From Amoebidium appalachense (taxonomy: Eukaryota > Protista > Ichthyosporea): a stretch of DNA of 64,000 nucleotides. The position numbers and the translations under genes are program-made. Numbering within the stretch: the stretch's first letter is position 1; every line of letters starts with the position of its first letter. Under the pieces are notes generated by a model that saw only the letters and a program-made list of their open reading frames with translations, ran no database searches and had not been told where the DNA came from. The stretch spans positions 6,686,708-6,750,707 of the forward strand of contig CAVNZM010000017.1 of assembly GCA_963693365.1 (NCBI GenBank), given 5' to 3'. Below, in pieces: positions 1 through 35,713 of the stretch.

Positions 1-150
1 TTTTGAGTTGAACACAAGTTCTGCTATGCACCCCGTTGTTGGATAGCTACGGTAAAACTCGTAAAAGCTAGTGCTTTCCCCGTTACCTGGTATAGGGCGC
101 AGAGAAAGAAAAAAGAAAGAAAGAAGGAAGAGTGTTTTGATATCTTACGA

Positions 151-338
151 TAAGGAGAGTGTGAACGGGTGTCGTGGATCTGTGCTCTTTTGCCAACAAA
201 AGTCACTGTAGAGGAAGATAAAGCAAGGAGGAGGAGGGGGGGGGGGGGGGGGGCAGGATGGGATAAAGCCTATTCACACCGGTACGTTTGTGGTTGAGGA
301 ACGAGGGGATGTTGGGGCATGGGCATGTGGGCTTAAGC

Positions 339-406
<68 letters not shown>

Positions 407-482
407 ATGGGTATTTTGCTTTAGAAAGGAGTAGTGTGGCAAGGTTTTTGGTTTTACCTTTGATGAGGGGGCGGGAGGGTTT

Positions 483-515
<33 letters not shown>

Positions 516-1107
516 AGGGGGGAGGAAGGGGAAAGGAACTTGGGAAGATTGTGAGGGAATGAAGGCAATAAAGAAATAAAAAAATAGGTGTTTGCTTCAG
601 GAAGGAGAAGTGTGGCAAGGTCTTTGTTTTCACCTTCGATGTCGGCCATGAGTGTTCTGCACCTATCCTGCGCCTGGTCATGTGCCACCTGCAGTGGTCT
701 GAGCTGTGCATCCACCATGGCCTTGAGCTCTCTGTTCTCACGCACTAACGCCTCTGCACGCTGCAGGGCACTATTTCTCTCCTCTGCGGCTTTGCTGAGT
801 GCTTGTTGAAGCTCCTGTTGCGCTTGTGCTTGCGTGGCGGTCTTGGCCTGTGTGTGCGTGTGTGCCTGTGTAAATGTGTGTACGTGTCTGCATGTCCCCC
901 CCCCCCCCCCCCTCCCCCTCCCCCCGCCCTCCTCCCCTCCCTCCGCCGCCGCCCGCTCAATCCCCCAAAGCCCCCACAGACCGTAGAATGTCGTTCCACA
1001 CAGAGGCCAAAGTGGCAACATCACCTCATATCATCCCCCCCCCCCCCCCCCCCCCCCCCCCCACCCACCCACCACCACCACAACCACCACCACCACATTC
1101 GGCCACA

Positions 1108-1168
<61 letters not shown>

Positions 1169-1230
1169 AAAAAAAAAAAGACAGAAACAAAAATAAAATA
1201 GAAAGAAATCACCATTACCCATCCCCTCAA

Positions 1231-1314
<84 letters not shown>

Positions 1315-2011
1315 ACCTTAAATCCCCCCCCCCCCCCCCTCCCCCCATCCCCCAGAAGGCAACACCAATACATACAGCCAGGTCCTTCCTGGTATCGTCC
1401 AGGTCTCTGTCCCTGTCAGCCAGTGTCTGGGCCAGCAAGTTGCATCTGCGCGCCAGCTCATCCCTCTCAGTCACGGCTGCATCCCGCTGGCTGCTCAGTG
1501 TGGCAACCTGGAAAGAGAAACTAAGTCAGTGGCTGTATATGTGTCGGCCCAAAAATGCAACAAAGCCATGAAGCACTCTATGCCACAAACGTACACAGCA
1601 AATGTTCTTAAAAGAAAAAAAATCAATATCACATCCCCCCCCCCCCCCAACCAAACGCAAGCAACTCTCCAAAACTAACACCAGCTGCAAACCCTGTTAC
1701 CATCCGCTGGACGTTAGTTATGCTACAACAGAAAGCTACGGAAATTGGAATGATGTTTCCACACTAGACAACAGCTAAACAGGCCTTTGCTCCTGGACCT
1801 CCCCCCCCCCCCCCCCCTCCCCTACTCACTCAACCCCCCCATCCCATTTACTCATAACACATGCACTATGGCAATCAACAGGATACGTGAAAGGAAAGAT
1901 TATTAGATTTACAGACAAGCACGATTTTTAGGCTGACACACATGCAGATGATTTGTCTGGAGTGGAAGCCATGAGCTTGGGTGGAACACGTGGACGGGAT
2001 GAGAATAACAG

Positions 2012-2072
<61 letters not shown>

Positions 2073-2144
2073 AAGAGAGAGAGAGAGAAAGAGAAAGGGA
2101 AAGAGAGAGAGAGAGAGAGGGAGGGAGAGAGAGAGAGAGAGAGG

Positions 2145-2193
<49 letters not shown>

Positions 2194-2388
2194 GCACCGG
2201 AAACAAGAACACGTCACTGGTATGCATCCGGACCAAATCAACAAACCTAGCACATTGCACCGACCTGTGTCTTTACGAAGTTCAGCTCTTCCTGCTGCTG
2301 TTTCAGCCGCATCGTTGCCATCTGCCGTCCCAACCAATCAACACCCTGAAAATCCCCCCCCCCCCCCCCCCTCCCCCCCCCCTCCCCC

Positions 2389-2419
<31 letters not shown>

Positions 2420-2546
2420 AAAAAAGAGGGAAGGAGAGCGAAGAAGACAAGCCTTCTTTCCTCACCGTAGTGCTAGTAAAAATTGGAAAAGAAAGTAAAC
2501 CCGAAACACACAGAGTGATGATCAACAAACATGACCCCCCCCCCCC

Positions 2547-2587
<41 letters not shown>

Positions 2588-2588
2588 C

Positions 2589-2634
<46 letters not shown>

Positions 2635-3942
2635 CTTTCTCTTCCTGGGGGCTATTACAACATGCTGCTGCCCACATGTAGAGACCGGGCAGTGAGCCAT
2701 GGCAAAACTATTCATCTGGGAGGCACAAGTCATCCATAGAGGTAGCTGTGCAGGTCTTCAAACCAAAGAAACTTTTCCTTGCTCTTCCAGTTTGTAGGTG
2801 AATGGGTTGTGCTGGTCCTTATGTTCTTGTTTGTGTGGGAAGGGGGAGATGGGTAAAGGGGGGGATGAATGGGGAAGGGGGAGGGGAAGATGGGGATGGC
2901 TGAAATCAGGGGCAGGTACATACCGAAGCAGCAAGGAAGGACTCTCCAGACTTTGCGGCAGCAAGAGCAGCCTGTGGGTCTGGTGGGGGCACATCCACAT
3001 CCTCCTCCTCGTGTTCCGTGTGCACGTGTGTGTGTGCCTTTTCCTTCTCATGTGCCTCCTTGGCCTCTTTGGCCTGCGACAGCGCTGCTATCTTCTCTGC
3101 AATGGCTGCATTGGGCTTGGGCTTGTAGCCCATCTTGTGAAGAAGCATAGATGTTACATTCGCAGCTCGCTTCGTTCCCTTTTTCTCCTTCTCACCATCC
3201 CCTTCTGTGGACGGCGTGAAGAACAGGTTGTTCTTTTCTATTTTTTCGAGTCCAAACGACCCATGCCTGCTAACAACAGTACCAATGCTCGACAGGCTGT
3301 GTTTCTCCCCTGCTGCCAGTTGGGATTTTGAATTGTGGCTGTCGCTTGTTCGGTGGCTTAGTTTTTCCTTCTCGTCGGGTGCAAATTCCTGCCTCAGCTG
3401 ACTAACGCTAGGTGGCCGTGCCCTTTGAAGCTCTTTTAAGAATGGTGGTTCGTGTTGCGACTCGGGTTTCGCAGGTGCGGCGGTTGCAACATGCGAGGGA
3501 GAAGGAGGGTTTTCAGAAGGGCTATCAAGGGGAGATGTTTTCAAGGTGGGTGAGGGAGTAGAAGATGGACTATCCTGCCCGTCTACGTCATCACTATCAT
3601 CCACTAGCAGACTCTTCCGTTTCATCTGTTGCATCTTCATGTCACGGTACCCCATGCTCTTGCCCCTTCTGACAGACCCATCCAACCGCGACAGTTCCGT
3701 GTTGGGGACAGTAAGGTCTCCCTGTAAGATACGTTTCGACATGGCGCGTTTCAGCGACGCGTCACCCTCAAACATGCTGTAAGGCCGGTCCATGATTTTC
3801 ATGGCCCCCTCTGCCCCGGCCTCTCCCTCGAATACAAGCGCCGAATCGAGGTTGGCAATATCCGTCCTGGAGCCAAACCAACGTTTAGTTTCGCCCTATT
3901 CACACTTCTTCGGCATTTATTTGGTCACGCTGCGTCATACAT

Positions 3943-3980
<38 letters not shown>

Positions 3981-5336
3981 ACCCCAAAAAAAAAAAAAAA
4001 AAAAAAAAAGAGAGAGAGAGAACCCTTCCGAGAACACTAGCAAAAAAGAGGGGAAAAGCGGTGGTAGGTATCTTGCCCTGGCCGGTCATCATGTAATGTA
4101 CATCACAAGAGCCCCCCTCCCCTCCTCCTCCCCCCTCCCCCCCCCTCCGCCACAAAAAAGAAAATAAATAAATTAATAAGAAATAAAAAAGCACACAAGA
4201 ACACACCCATCACCACCATCACACACGACAGAGACGAAAAGGCAAGCAAACACAGAAAGAACCCCTCTCCCCCTCTCAAAACACACACAAAAAAACCAAC
4301 CCCCCCCCCCCCAAAAAAAAAAAAAAAAAAAAAAAAAAAAACGAAAAACAAAAAGCAAAAAAAAAAAAGAGAGAGAAATAAAAAGAAAAGAAAGAAAGGA
4401 AAAGAAAACCCCGCACACAAGGACACACCCACTACCACCACGATACACCAAAGAGACGAATAAAGAAGCAAACCCAGAAAGCCCCCCCCCCCCCCCCCCC
4501 ACCCCAGAAAAAAAAAAAAAAAAAAAAGAGCACACAAGGACACATCCACCAATGCCACCCCAAATCCACAAGACAAAAAGACATAAAAAGCAGAGAGGAG
4601 CTCGAAGATGAACCCGGTTATTCGGAATAGTATTACCCTGTCAACTGGGAGCACTCAGGAACAAACCACATGACACGATCACTTACTTTCCCAGGGAGAT
4701 GGGCCGTTGCGGCCGCACTTTCCGCTGCCTGGGCACAACCCCCTCCGGTATCCCAGGGGAGGCAGGCGCATCCGCTCCACTTGCTCTCTTTTCACCATCC
4801 TCCGTCGCGCCTGCCACCCCCTGGTTTCCATTTTCCTCCTCAGCAACCGCTGGCCGTGAAAACCGGCTCAACACAGGGGAGCCCGTTGGTGAGATTGGGC
4901 GCATGGATGAAGAAAGCGATCGGTCGCGCCCGCTATGAATGCTTGCCGAGGCAGACCTCTCCCGGGCACGAGACTGCAGGCCAGGTGACAGCCGCTTGGT
5001 ATCTCTTAGCGAGGGGGAGGACAACGACCCAGGGGATGAGGATGGGCAGTTTGAGGAACCAACAGAAGATCGATTGGAGCGCTGGATTGTACGCGGAGAT
5101 GCATCTTTGGGCGAAGCGTCTGGTGTGTCTGGCTTTGAAACCTGCTCTGACTTCGATATCGTGGGCGATGTTGCCGCCGGGGAACCGTGTAGCGAACTTT
5201 GAGAATCTGATTCCGTGCCGGCAGACTCAAGATCTTCGGATGACTTGGAAAGCGGGCGGTTCTTGGCTTCGGTGGAACCAGAAGAATCAAGCTCCTCCGA
5301 AGACTTAGAGAGCCGGTTTTTGCTGAACCGGAACAT
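151..5336 (-). CDS. Spliced gene, Ser/Pro-rich low-complexity N-terminus plus C-terminal coiled coil, family unknown; 3' end probably beyond the left edge
   Basis: Exons read by hand with GT-AG ends and matching phases: 5336-4687 (MFRFSKNRLSKSSEELDSS...PISLGK), 3866-2924 (TDIANLDS...FLAAS), ~2321-2265 (MATMRLKQQQEELNFVKTQ), ~1507-1376 (VATLSSQRDAAVTERDELARR...), ~847-634 (AKTATQAQAQQELQQAL...DIE), ~206-151. A likely 5'UTR intron lies at ~5346-5407. An extra exon near 2830-2765 is possible. The later exons have heptad-rich composition. Confidence 0.7.
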
Positions 5337-5459
5337 TTCTGAAGCCTGTTGGGGTAACCCAATGGTAAGAATCATGTCACTGGTTCTTAATCTTTGTTCA
5401 ATCATACCTGCCACCAGCAAAAGGGATCTTGAAGTCAACAGGGCCACACGCCATGGATG

Positions 5460-7260
5460 GTGACCAGTCCACGAATTTGCTCTTAACCATATTTTCTTGC
5501 GTGCACATGAACTTTACTAACATAAAGTAGCTTATTCTCAAAATATGTATATAGTGACCCAGAGACATTGTTTGAAAACAAGAGAAAAATCTTGGCCATG
5601 ATTCCCAAGATCTTCCTTTCAAAACGATTGACTTGCCTTTCAAAACGGAGCTCCTCAGCCCGTGGCCCACAATCTTCTGTTGTTCTGCTGCCGTTTCATG
5701 GAAGTATAAACAAATGAAAATCAGCTAAACCATATGCCACGAGAGTGGAAAACAAGCTCATGAACTTGCCCAACACACGCAAACAAAAAAGTTCGAGTTG
5801 TGAGTGTGGAAAGGTTATGAAGTTGCAGGGACCGTTGCTACAGAATAAATTGATTCTTTCCTCAGGCCCGGGTGGCTACCGTATAGCATTACTAGACCTT
5901 GTAGTGTTTTTGGGCGCGCTTTCGCTCCTTTCTAAATCACACATCTACCTATGATTATACACGCACATCGCTATAGCTCACCCTCGAGCTCTCTCACCCC
6001 TTCAGCGTTTTTGCTTTTTTCTCTGTGACCGAGTACTAGTTGGCGCAAGCGCAAAGCAGCCACATATAGCGGATTATTTCGTAAAATCTGTAAGTATACG
6101 TATTGGGGCCTTTATTTGTAAAATATACACTGCAATGGGGGTTTATAAAGCAATGTGTATAATTGCACATTTCAAGTGTTTTGAGGTAGATGTGATAAAG
6201 AGGATGGCAAAAATCTAATAGTAATGGTGCCTCTTGTCACACGAACAAACACGCTTCACCTGCATTCACATTTTTAAGTGTTTACAAAAGAGAAATAGAG
6301 AACATTTTAGCCATAAATTACTACACGAATGGTTCTGGAAAGGAGGAATACTTGCCTACTTCAACAAGCTTTTTTTTTGTATGCAGCTGGTTTGACAAGG
6401 ATGGTGCGTAAACTGCCAATCAGCGCGAAGGGGAAATTTGGCACAACCAAAAATAAACACAACGCTGAGAGAAAATGTCCCGCTTGCACTGCCGGGGGGC
6501 GGGAGTGGAAAAAGAGAGGAAAGAATACAGGGCGAGCTTCTGAAAAATAGGGGAGGTTTTTGCGGCACACAAAGCCCCAAATAACAAACATATAATAATA
6601 AACATCCCTACCCGAGTTGTAAGGTTCTAAGGCCTGAAAATCATATAACTGGCGCAAATGCAAAAAGGCTGCTGTCCTTGTTTCATAATTTTTGCTGATG
6701 GAGACCTTTTCTAGAGTACCAGAACATGACACGGAGGGCCTAGTGGCTGTCAAGCTGCACCGCCCGTGCACTTGTGTCGATGTGTGTGATGGTGTGCACG
6801 CACATGCCCGTGGATGCGTGTTTGCGTGCACCGCGTGTCTCTGTAGATTCTGTACATAGCATTCAGGTAATCTTACTCCACAAAAGATATGAGATGCACA
6901 TAGTCAATAGTAAATCCTCGCCCCTCCTCCCCTCCCCCTCCCCCCCCCCCCCCCCCCCCCCTCGCCCCCCCTCCATCCCTCTCTCTCCCCTCCCCCCTCT
7001 CCTCTTGCCCACCCTGTGACCGTGACAACAGGGTGCGCAGGGTTTGAAACATCTGCTCAATAAAATTTTGGATCTCACTAAATTCGTGCGCATCACTCCT
7101 GGTTTCAAGTTTAGAAGAGCACGATTAGAACGAATATACTTCTGATTACAATGTTACAAGACTTGGTGGACTGAATTTAGCTTCAGTCGTTACTTGCTGG
7201 CCATCATAACAGGCACTGGAGGGCTGGGCTACTCTGGGTTAGGGGAGCAGACGGGACACA
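5460..7260. promoter_or_regulatory. Divergent (head-to-head) promoter/5'UTR region between the coiled-coil gene and FCHO
   Basis: Lies between two outward-facing start codons (5336 minus, 7268 plus). It is mostly AT-richer unique sequence largely free of the microsatellites that fill introns. No TSS can be placed. Confidence 0.45.
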
Positions 7261-7267
7261 CCGCAAG

Positions 7268-28299
<21,032 letters not shown>

Positions 28300-28472
28300 A
28301 TATGAGCAGGTATAGTGGGGATGAAATGGGGGCTATGGGCAATAGTGACATATTATTGACACATGGCCAAGTAAGGTGTGTGCGCAGATAGCAGAACATA
28401 ACTAAATTTATACAAGTTATTTTCCATTTTTAATTTATATGTTTGCATGTTTGGAATGAAACGGACCGGAAG

Positions 28473-28503
<31 letters not shown>

Positions 28504-29366
28504 TTTTTCTCCCACAGCCCCAAAAGTTTCCTTTATACAGGTTCAGTGATGTGACCTCCCCTAACTAGAATGGTGATTTATACAATCAGGCTGACGGTAG
28601 TGTGTGTTCATGAAGCGTGTTTTGGACAGAGGTGCACGTGTATGGTTGGTGGTGAAATGCATGCACGGGGGATGGTTTCCGCGAAGGTTTTGTATTGTTT
28701 GCAGTAGTCTGGAACTGGTAGAAGAGTGTAGGTGGGCAGAATGCTAGTGTATGTTTGTGTGGGAGAGATGGGTTGAAACACTTGTGACAACAGTTTTTGG
28801 TCTGGCTAGATCATGTGGGGTTGTTGGTTGGTAACTACAATTTGGACGCAGGGTGTGGGAACGGAAACTACATGCGTGAATACAAAACGTAAAATAGGAA
28901 GTGTATGTTGAATGCGGATTGTACCAGAGAAACAGTTCACTATGATTTAATAGGGGGTTTTGGTACTCTGGTGAGTGTGTAATACTATCCGGGATTGTGA
29001 GGTGTGTGAGCACCACACCAGAACCTTTTAAGCACACACGCACACGCACGTGCGCGCGGGCATACACACACACACACACGTGTGACACTCCGCTCACTCA
29101 CACACTCTCGCTCACTCACGCACGCGCCGTCACACACACGCGCGCGCGCGCGCGCACACACACACACACAATATGCAGGTACTTAATGCTTCGTACCTAC
29201 CTGATGGCCTAGCAATAAGCAAACCGTTGAGAGCTTAAAACCACATCATTAACAAAAAAATAAAACAAAACGAGTGTACGCATGGTGTTTTTGGGTGTCT
29301 CCCGATCCAAATTGTTGAGAATCCACAGCTGAATGCAGCACATGCTTGTGCTTACCCTTCCCTCAG

Positions 29367-29403
<37 letters not shown>

Positions 29404-29958
29404 CCGTGTAGCGAATATGGGCTCTATGTAGCACCTTAAGAGTCTGTATACGAGCCTTTGCAATTTTTTGTTGGAGATGCACTCATGGAATTGGGCATAG
29501 TGTTGCATATCTACAGAGTCCGGTGCAATAACTATATCCCGAGCTGAGCATGCTAGTGGCCTTCGTGAGAGACAGTTGCTGCTGTACTGTATATACATGA
29601 CAAACCGTTAGTCCCACACATGCATGGTGGTGTGCAGGGGTGTCAGTGTTGTGACATTTATAGTTAAGAAACTATTCGACAACTGTCTAATAATTAATCT
29701 CCTTCAGTGCCACAGAGTGTGTACATGTGTGTGTGTGTGTGGCTGCACGCGCCTATGTATGTGTTCCATGGCTGTGCGTTTGCTTTAGCATGTGCCTGGG
29801 TGGGTGGGTGTGGGTGGGTGTGTGCGTGTGTGTGCATGTGCGTGCTACGATGCCAATGTTTGTGGGTGCGCGCGTGTTTGTGTGTGTATGTTTGGTATTC
29901 CGTGTTGTGTGTGTGCCTGCAGCCGCACAGTTTGTTTGTGTGTGTGTGTGTGTGAGGG

Positions 29959-30099
<141 letters not shown>

Positions 30100-30293
30100 A
30101 TTGTAATTGTGTGCCACTTTCACGTTGTTTTTGACATCGTAAGATATCAAGATTTCTGAGTTCACGTTTGTTATGACTTGAATCGATCCCTGTCGAAAGC
30201 AAAAATCATTCGCACACCTATTACAACAAAAAAACTACTCCCCCCCCCCCCCCCCCCCTCTAAGCCCGTTCCTGGGGTTTCCCTGGGATATGT

Positions 30294-30497
<204 letters not shown>

Positions 30498-30517
30498 CTT
30501 CTTCTTCTTCTTTTTTT

Positions 30518-30548
<31 letters not shown>

Positions 30549-30804
30549 AGGGGGGGGAGGCTAGGGTGCTCTCAAAAAATACCTGAATGCACCCACTGCT
30601 CACACATGTCCGAGTGTTTTTTGCCTTCTTTTTTCAAAGTTGCCCACCTCTGATAACTGTTGTTCAGCCTACGTTTGATGGCTGTTTAGTGTTGTAGTTT
30701 TTCCCCGTAAATCATACACCTGTTTTTGTAGCCAATGATATTACCGTTGTTGGCTTTCAAAGACCGGAAGTAGCGTTTCAAGCATACACACCACGAGCGT
30801 GGTC

Positions 30805-30843
30805 CACACACACACACACACACACACACACAAGGTATACACC

Positions 30844-30874
<31 letters not shown>

Positions 30875-30884
30875 GGTATACACC

Positions 30885-30917
<33 letters not shown>

Positions 30918-30964
30918 GGTATACACCAACACACACACACACACACACACACAAGGTATACACC

Positions 30965-31010
<46 letters not shown>

Positions 31011-31033
31011 GTGACACACACATCGTATACACC

Positions 31034-31103
<70 letters not shown>

Positions 31104-31135
31104 GTGACACACACATCGTATACACCAACACACTA
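30805..31135. repeat. Punctuated (CA)n array
   Basis: Variable-length (CA)n runs separated by GTATACACCAA six times (AGGTATACACCAA x4, TCGTATACACCAA x2). Confidence 0.85.
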
Positions 31136-31653
31136 ACACACACGCACGCACGCGCGCCCGCGCACACACACACACACACACACACCATAAACACTAACAG
31201 ACACATTTTACAAATACACATCCCGGGCAGCTCCCTTCCTCCCCCTGTCCCTTCCCCCCTCCCCCCTCCCCCCCCCCTCCCCCCCCCCCCCCCCCCCCCG
31301 CCCCCGCCCTCCCCTCCCCCCCAGGGCCTGCCCAGATGTTCACACGTGTATGCCTTCTGATGCCGGGGCCCTTTAGGCGGGAGGGAAGGTATCCTTATGG
31401 GCGCAGGCATGGGTCGTACTCAGTGACTGTGAACACACACACACGCACACACACACACAGGCATGCGCGCAAACACGCACACGCACACACACACACACAC
31501 ACAAACACAAACACACAAACACACACAGACGCACACAGACATATACACACAGACACACACACGCACACAAAAAAAAAAAGAAGACACGCGCACGCACACA
31601 CGCATGCGTGTGCACACACATACCAGCTGATATAGATTTTCCCAGGGGAGCCC

Positions 31654-31687
<34 letters not shown>

Positions 31688-32173
31688 AGAAGAAGAAGAA
31701 GAAGAAGAAGGCAGGGAGTCCAAATACTTGATTTTTCCTTTAGTTTATATGGCGTTTCATAGAGCAAGAAAACCCTGATTTGCGACACCGCCCGACATCT
31801 ATGCACCTTACCATAACGTTACGATAAGGGGATATGCCGAGCTAAACCTCCCCATAATTGAAACTCGTCTTTCTGAGACTTGAATGAACAGCGTAAAGCC
31901 CTGCATCTATATACACACGCACACACACCGCACAAACCTTGTGGTACACCATGCCACACATACACCTACAGAACAACTCCCTCCCCTGCTTCCCACCCCA
32001 TCCGGGGACCCTCCCCCCCCCCCCCTCCCTCCCCCCCCCCCCCCCCCTCCCCCCTCCTTCTTCCCTTCCCTCAAATGTGCACACTTGTACACCTTCTTAC
32101 CCACCCCCTAAAATCCCCCGGAGGGGGGGGGGGGGGGGGGGGGGGGGGAGGGGGGGGGAGGGGGGGGGGGGGT

Positions 32174-32215
<42 letters not shown>

Positions 32216-32470
32216 GGGGAGGCCATTCCTCATGCCATGGCGCCCTGTTTCTCTGTCTTATGTAAAGAGAGCTATGGGCACTACTGTAGTTCACAGGTGT
32301 GAAGCTGTGTGTTGAATAGTAATTAGAAATAACTCATTCAGAGACGTAATTGCATTGGGGTTTGTTTTTTTCATTCTATCTCGCTCTCTCTCTCTCTCTC
32401 TCTTTTTTGGAAAAAATTCAAAAAATGCTTCAACCATTTTCTTGCTGTTTCTTTCTCTTTTTGGGGGGGC

Positions 32471-32505
<35 letters not shown>

Positions 32506-34341
32506 TGATTGGATTTTGATCAGTGAATAGATTAAGCTTCTGATGGGATGATAACACGCACGCATGCACGCACACACGATCACCGGACACAAGAGCCAAC
32601 TTGACGATCCCCCCCCCCCCCCCCCCCCCCCCCCTCCCCCGCGGGCCCCCCTCCCCCCCCCCCCCCCCCCCCCTAGTTCGTTGCAGTTCTCTGAGGTCGT
32701 GTCAAAACACGGGAAGGCACGTGTGTTCATAATGGGAGAGGAGAGGCCCGCCGGTGAGGCTGGGGCCGGGGTGGTGTGTGCGTTGGGTTGGTGGGTTCAA
32801 TTGGTGATTGGGGTAGGGGGGAAGGGGAAAGGAGAGGGGGGGGGGGGGGAGGGGGGGGAGGGGGGGAGCTACAGTAGTACGTACGGCCCGATGTTGTTGT
32901 GTGGTTCTGTCAGACATGATCACATGATGTGGAGGCACATCAAAGACCATCAGATAATGCTTAACCAAAACGGTACCGAAGCTTGTTACTTATCAGGCTC
33001 GATTATGCAAGTTTGCTTCCTTGGCAATGTGCAATAGGATGAGACAGTTTGCGGCCAGCCACTCTCACAGTGGCCAACTGTTTGACGGCATGGAACTTAC
33101 GTATTACTACTAAATAATATTTTTGTCAAGTTATCTTTGCTCCGTCTTGTTGAAAGTAAAACTACCAAATAGTATTTTTGTTATTTTTTATCCCGTTTTG
33201 TTCCCCGAGGGGTCCCTCATGGGCACTACCACCTACAACTAAGCACCGACTCTACCAAATCATGATGTAGCTAGGGTGCTATTGTTGCGACCACTTAAAC
33301 AGACACCCCTTGTAAGTTAAAATGGGCTGTGCCAAATTTGATGAGGAGGCAAAGTCTTATAAAAAGGATGGCCCGGCACGGTATACGTAAAAGGATAAAC
33401 CGCAAAAATGTAGCCTGGTAGCAGCCAACTAGCTGTTACAAGGAGCAAATTATCTCCTATCACCGAAATTTTACAACCAAATACACAGGGTGCCAGGTGC
33501 ACCCGGCCCTGTTTGACATTCACTAACAGGCGGCTATGCCTGTATGCCATGATAGAGACCCTAACAATTGCTAAAGTGTTCCGCACAAGAAACAACTCAA
33601 GTGTAGAATATGGAAGCTGGAATGGAATATAATAAGTTGTAGCTATCCTCACCGTATGATAACTTTAATGATATCTAGTTCCTATATATACTTCCAATGA
33701 ATTCAGAATACTTGAGCCGTAATTAACATTAGAGGCGAACCACTTTCAGTCAGACGGCACATTGAAGTCGATATTTTGTGATGATTTATCATAGCCGTTA
33801 TTCATCGATCAAGGCAGGCTGAGGCCCACCCGTGCCCGCTCATATGCATGGAGTTTTTGTGATAGCAAAAGGTTGTGTATCAGTCAGAGTGCCGGTATTG
33901 CACACATATGCCACACGGTATACTTGCTAACCGAACGTTCAAGGATTGGCAAAAAACATCGTATGAAGAGGGGGGGGGGGGGGGGGGGAGAAGGGGAAGA
34001 AGAAAAGCAATTATGCTTAAACTGCAGGCCTAGGTCGAGTGTCTAGATCATTAGCAAGTTTCGCTGCAGTAGTATTACTTACTGAGTATGCTAAACACGG
34101 TGGGCCTGTACATGTACTCAATCTGAAAGCAGAATCATGTAGTGGGGGGGGGGAGAGGGGGGGGGAAGGGGGAGGGGGGGGGGGGGGGGGTCGTCTGCCA
34201 GCGATATTATGTGCAGGTTTGTGGGGTCACCGATACCCAAATGCCTCCCATACATATGATATGCCCCTGCTCATCACTTTTCAAGGAAAAAATTCTTTGC
34301 CCAGCAAGTTTGCAAAGTTAACTTACACGTATATGAAAGGG

Positions 34342-35562
34342 TTAAAGATACAGTATGTACCGCAGCCACAGCATATTGAACGAACCATAGTGTTGGGTTG
34401 GGTTAGTAGGTAAATCTTCGGCCGTGTAATTGATCAACCTTAGAGGTTGGCAGGCAGCAAGACCCAACAGGTTGATGTTACTGAGGCATATCGATGACGA
34501 ACCACGGTATGCAGTGTGGTGTGGGGTATGAGACAGTCTAGGTTCATAACTGCACGCATATCCCTGAGAATGAGGGTGCCCAACTTTGTGCACATTAGCA
34601 GATCTGCACTGCTCTCATCTGTGATGTTCTGGCACTTATCTAGTCGCACTTTTTCCACGTTGGACCCTGCCAGCAGTGCTAGGCTGTTGATGTTATCGCA
34701 GCGTGCAATTTCAAACGTGCTCAGGTCGGGCGGTGCGTGTCCCAGGTCAGCCGAAGTAGACGGGGACGAATCAATCGTAAACTGTCTGAGGGCGGGAATG
34801 TGGCTAAAACTGAGCGAATCAGCCACGAGCGCCAGGTTTTGGAGTACCAATATTATCAGCTTGTGCATGGTGGCAAAAACGGCCTGCAATGGCGGTTGGG
34901 CGTTTTGCATGATCAACACTCGGAGTTGGTGGGCATTTGCTACCACAAATGAAAGCGCACCCGCCCGCACGTTGTTGCTTGTGCCGCGGTTGACGCAGCG
35001 AAGTTCGGTTATGAAGGTGGAGTGGAAGTCTGGCACCCCGTTGTCAAGGTTGCAAAGTAGGCCAACGCTTCAAGTTCTAGCTTGGTGCATGGCTTAAGGT
35101 TAGAAAGGGGTTCGAATCTGTCGCCGTTTAAATATACATGCTGAAGTTCGGGCAAGTACGGTATTCCGGTAACAGTGGTACCCTCGGACGATGTGGAAAT
35201 CGTCAAGTCCGTCATGTGAACACATGCCGACAGCGCCGTCACGTCCAAATTGCCCGTCAGTTGCACAAAATCGAGACTAAGGCTACGTAGATGCAAAAGT
35301 CCCTGAACGTAGTTGATGTTTGTCCACATGTCGCCGCCCTCCAATCTGTGTTCGAGTGTTAGTTGCTGCAGGTTTGGATACTGCAAAACAACAATAGAAG
35401 TTTTGCTAGCTGTTGGCCAAAAATGGCAGTTGATGTCCAGGCGTTTCATGTGCGTGCTGGCGAGGGGAAGGGTTTCCGGCGGGCGTGTGTGGTAAATGGT
35501 AAGCGACTCTAGCTCGGTTGCGTATTGCAGAAAGATGTCAACATACTCGTGCGACACACAAT
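34342..35562 (-). pseudogene. Leucine-rich-repeat protein, 3' part (frameshifted, interrupted by the YR element)
   Basis: LxxLxL repeats: YPNLQQLTLEH, LLHLRSLSLDF, LPELQHVYLNG, AHQLRVLIMQN, IPALRQFTIDS, CTKLGTLILRDM. The reading continues over three overlapping ORFs (35009-35581, 34440-35036, 34342-34593), implying at least 2 frameshifts. No introns in this part. Confidence 0.75.
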
Positions 35563-35713
35563 ACTTAGCTTGATTCATCAAGCACTATTTAGAGTGTATT
35601 CTAGGGCAATCATTGGTTGAAATGGTGTTTCTAACAATGATAGCCCATTGGGTGAGCTCCGTTGGTATATAAGGAGGGAACTCCTCCTAGTCGTTAGCTC
35701 ATTTCCCAACGTC
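35560..35713 (+). repeat. Direct repeat A1 (154 bp) with TATA-like box
   Basis: Matches 38047-38200 at 150/154 positions by manual alignment. Contains TATATAA at ~35666 followed by the small hairpin AGGAG-GGAA-CTCCT. Confidence 0.95.
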
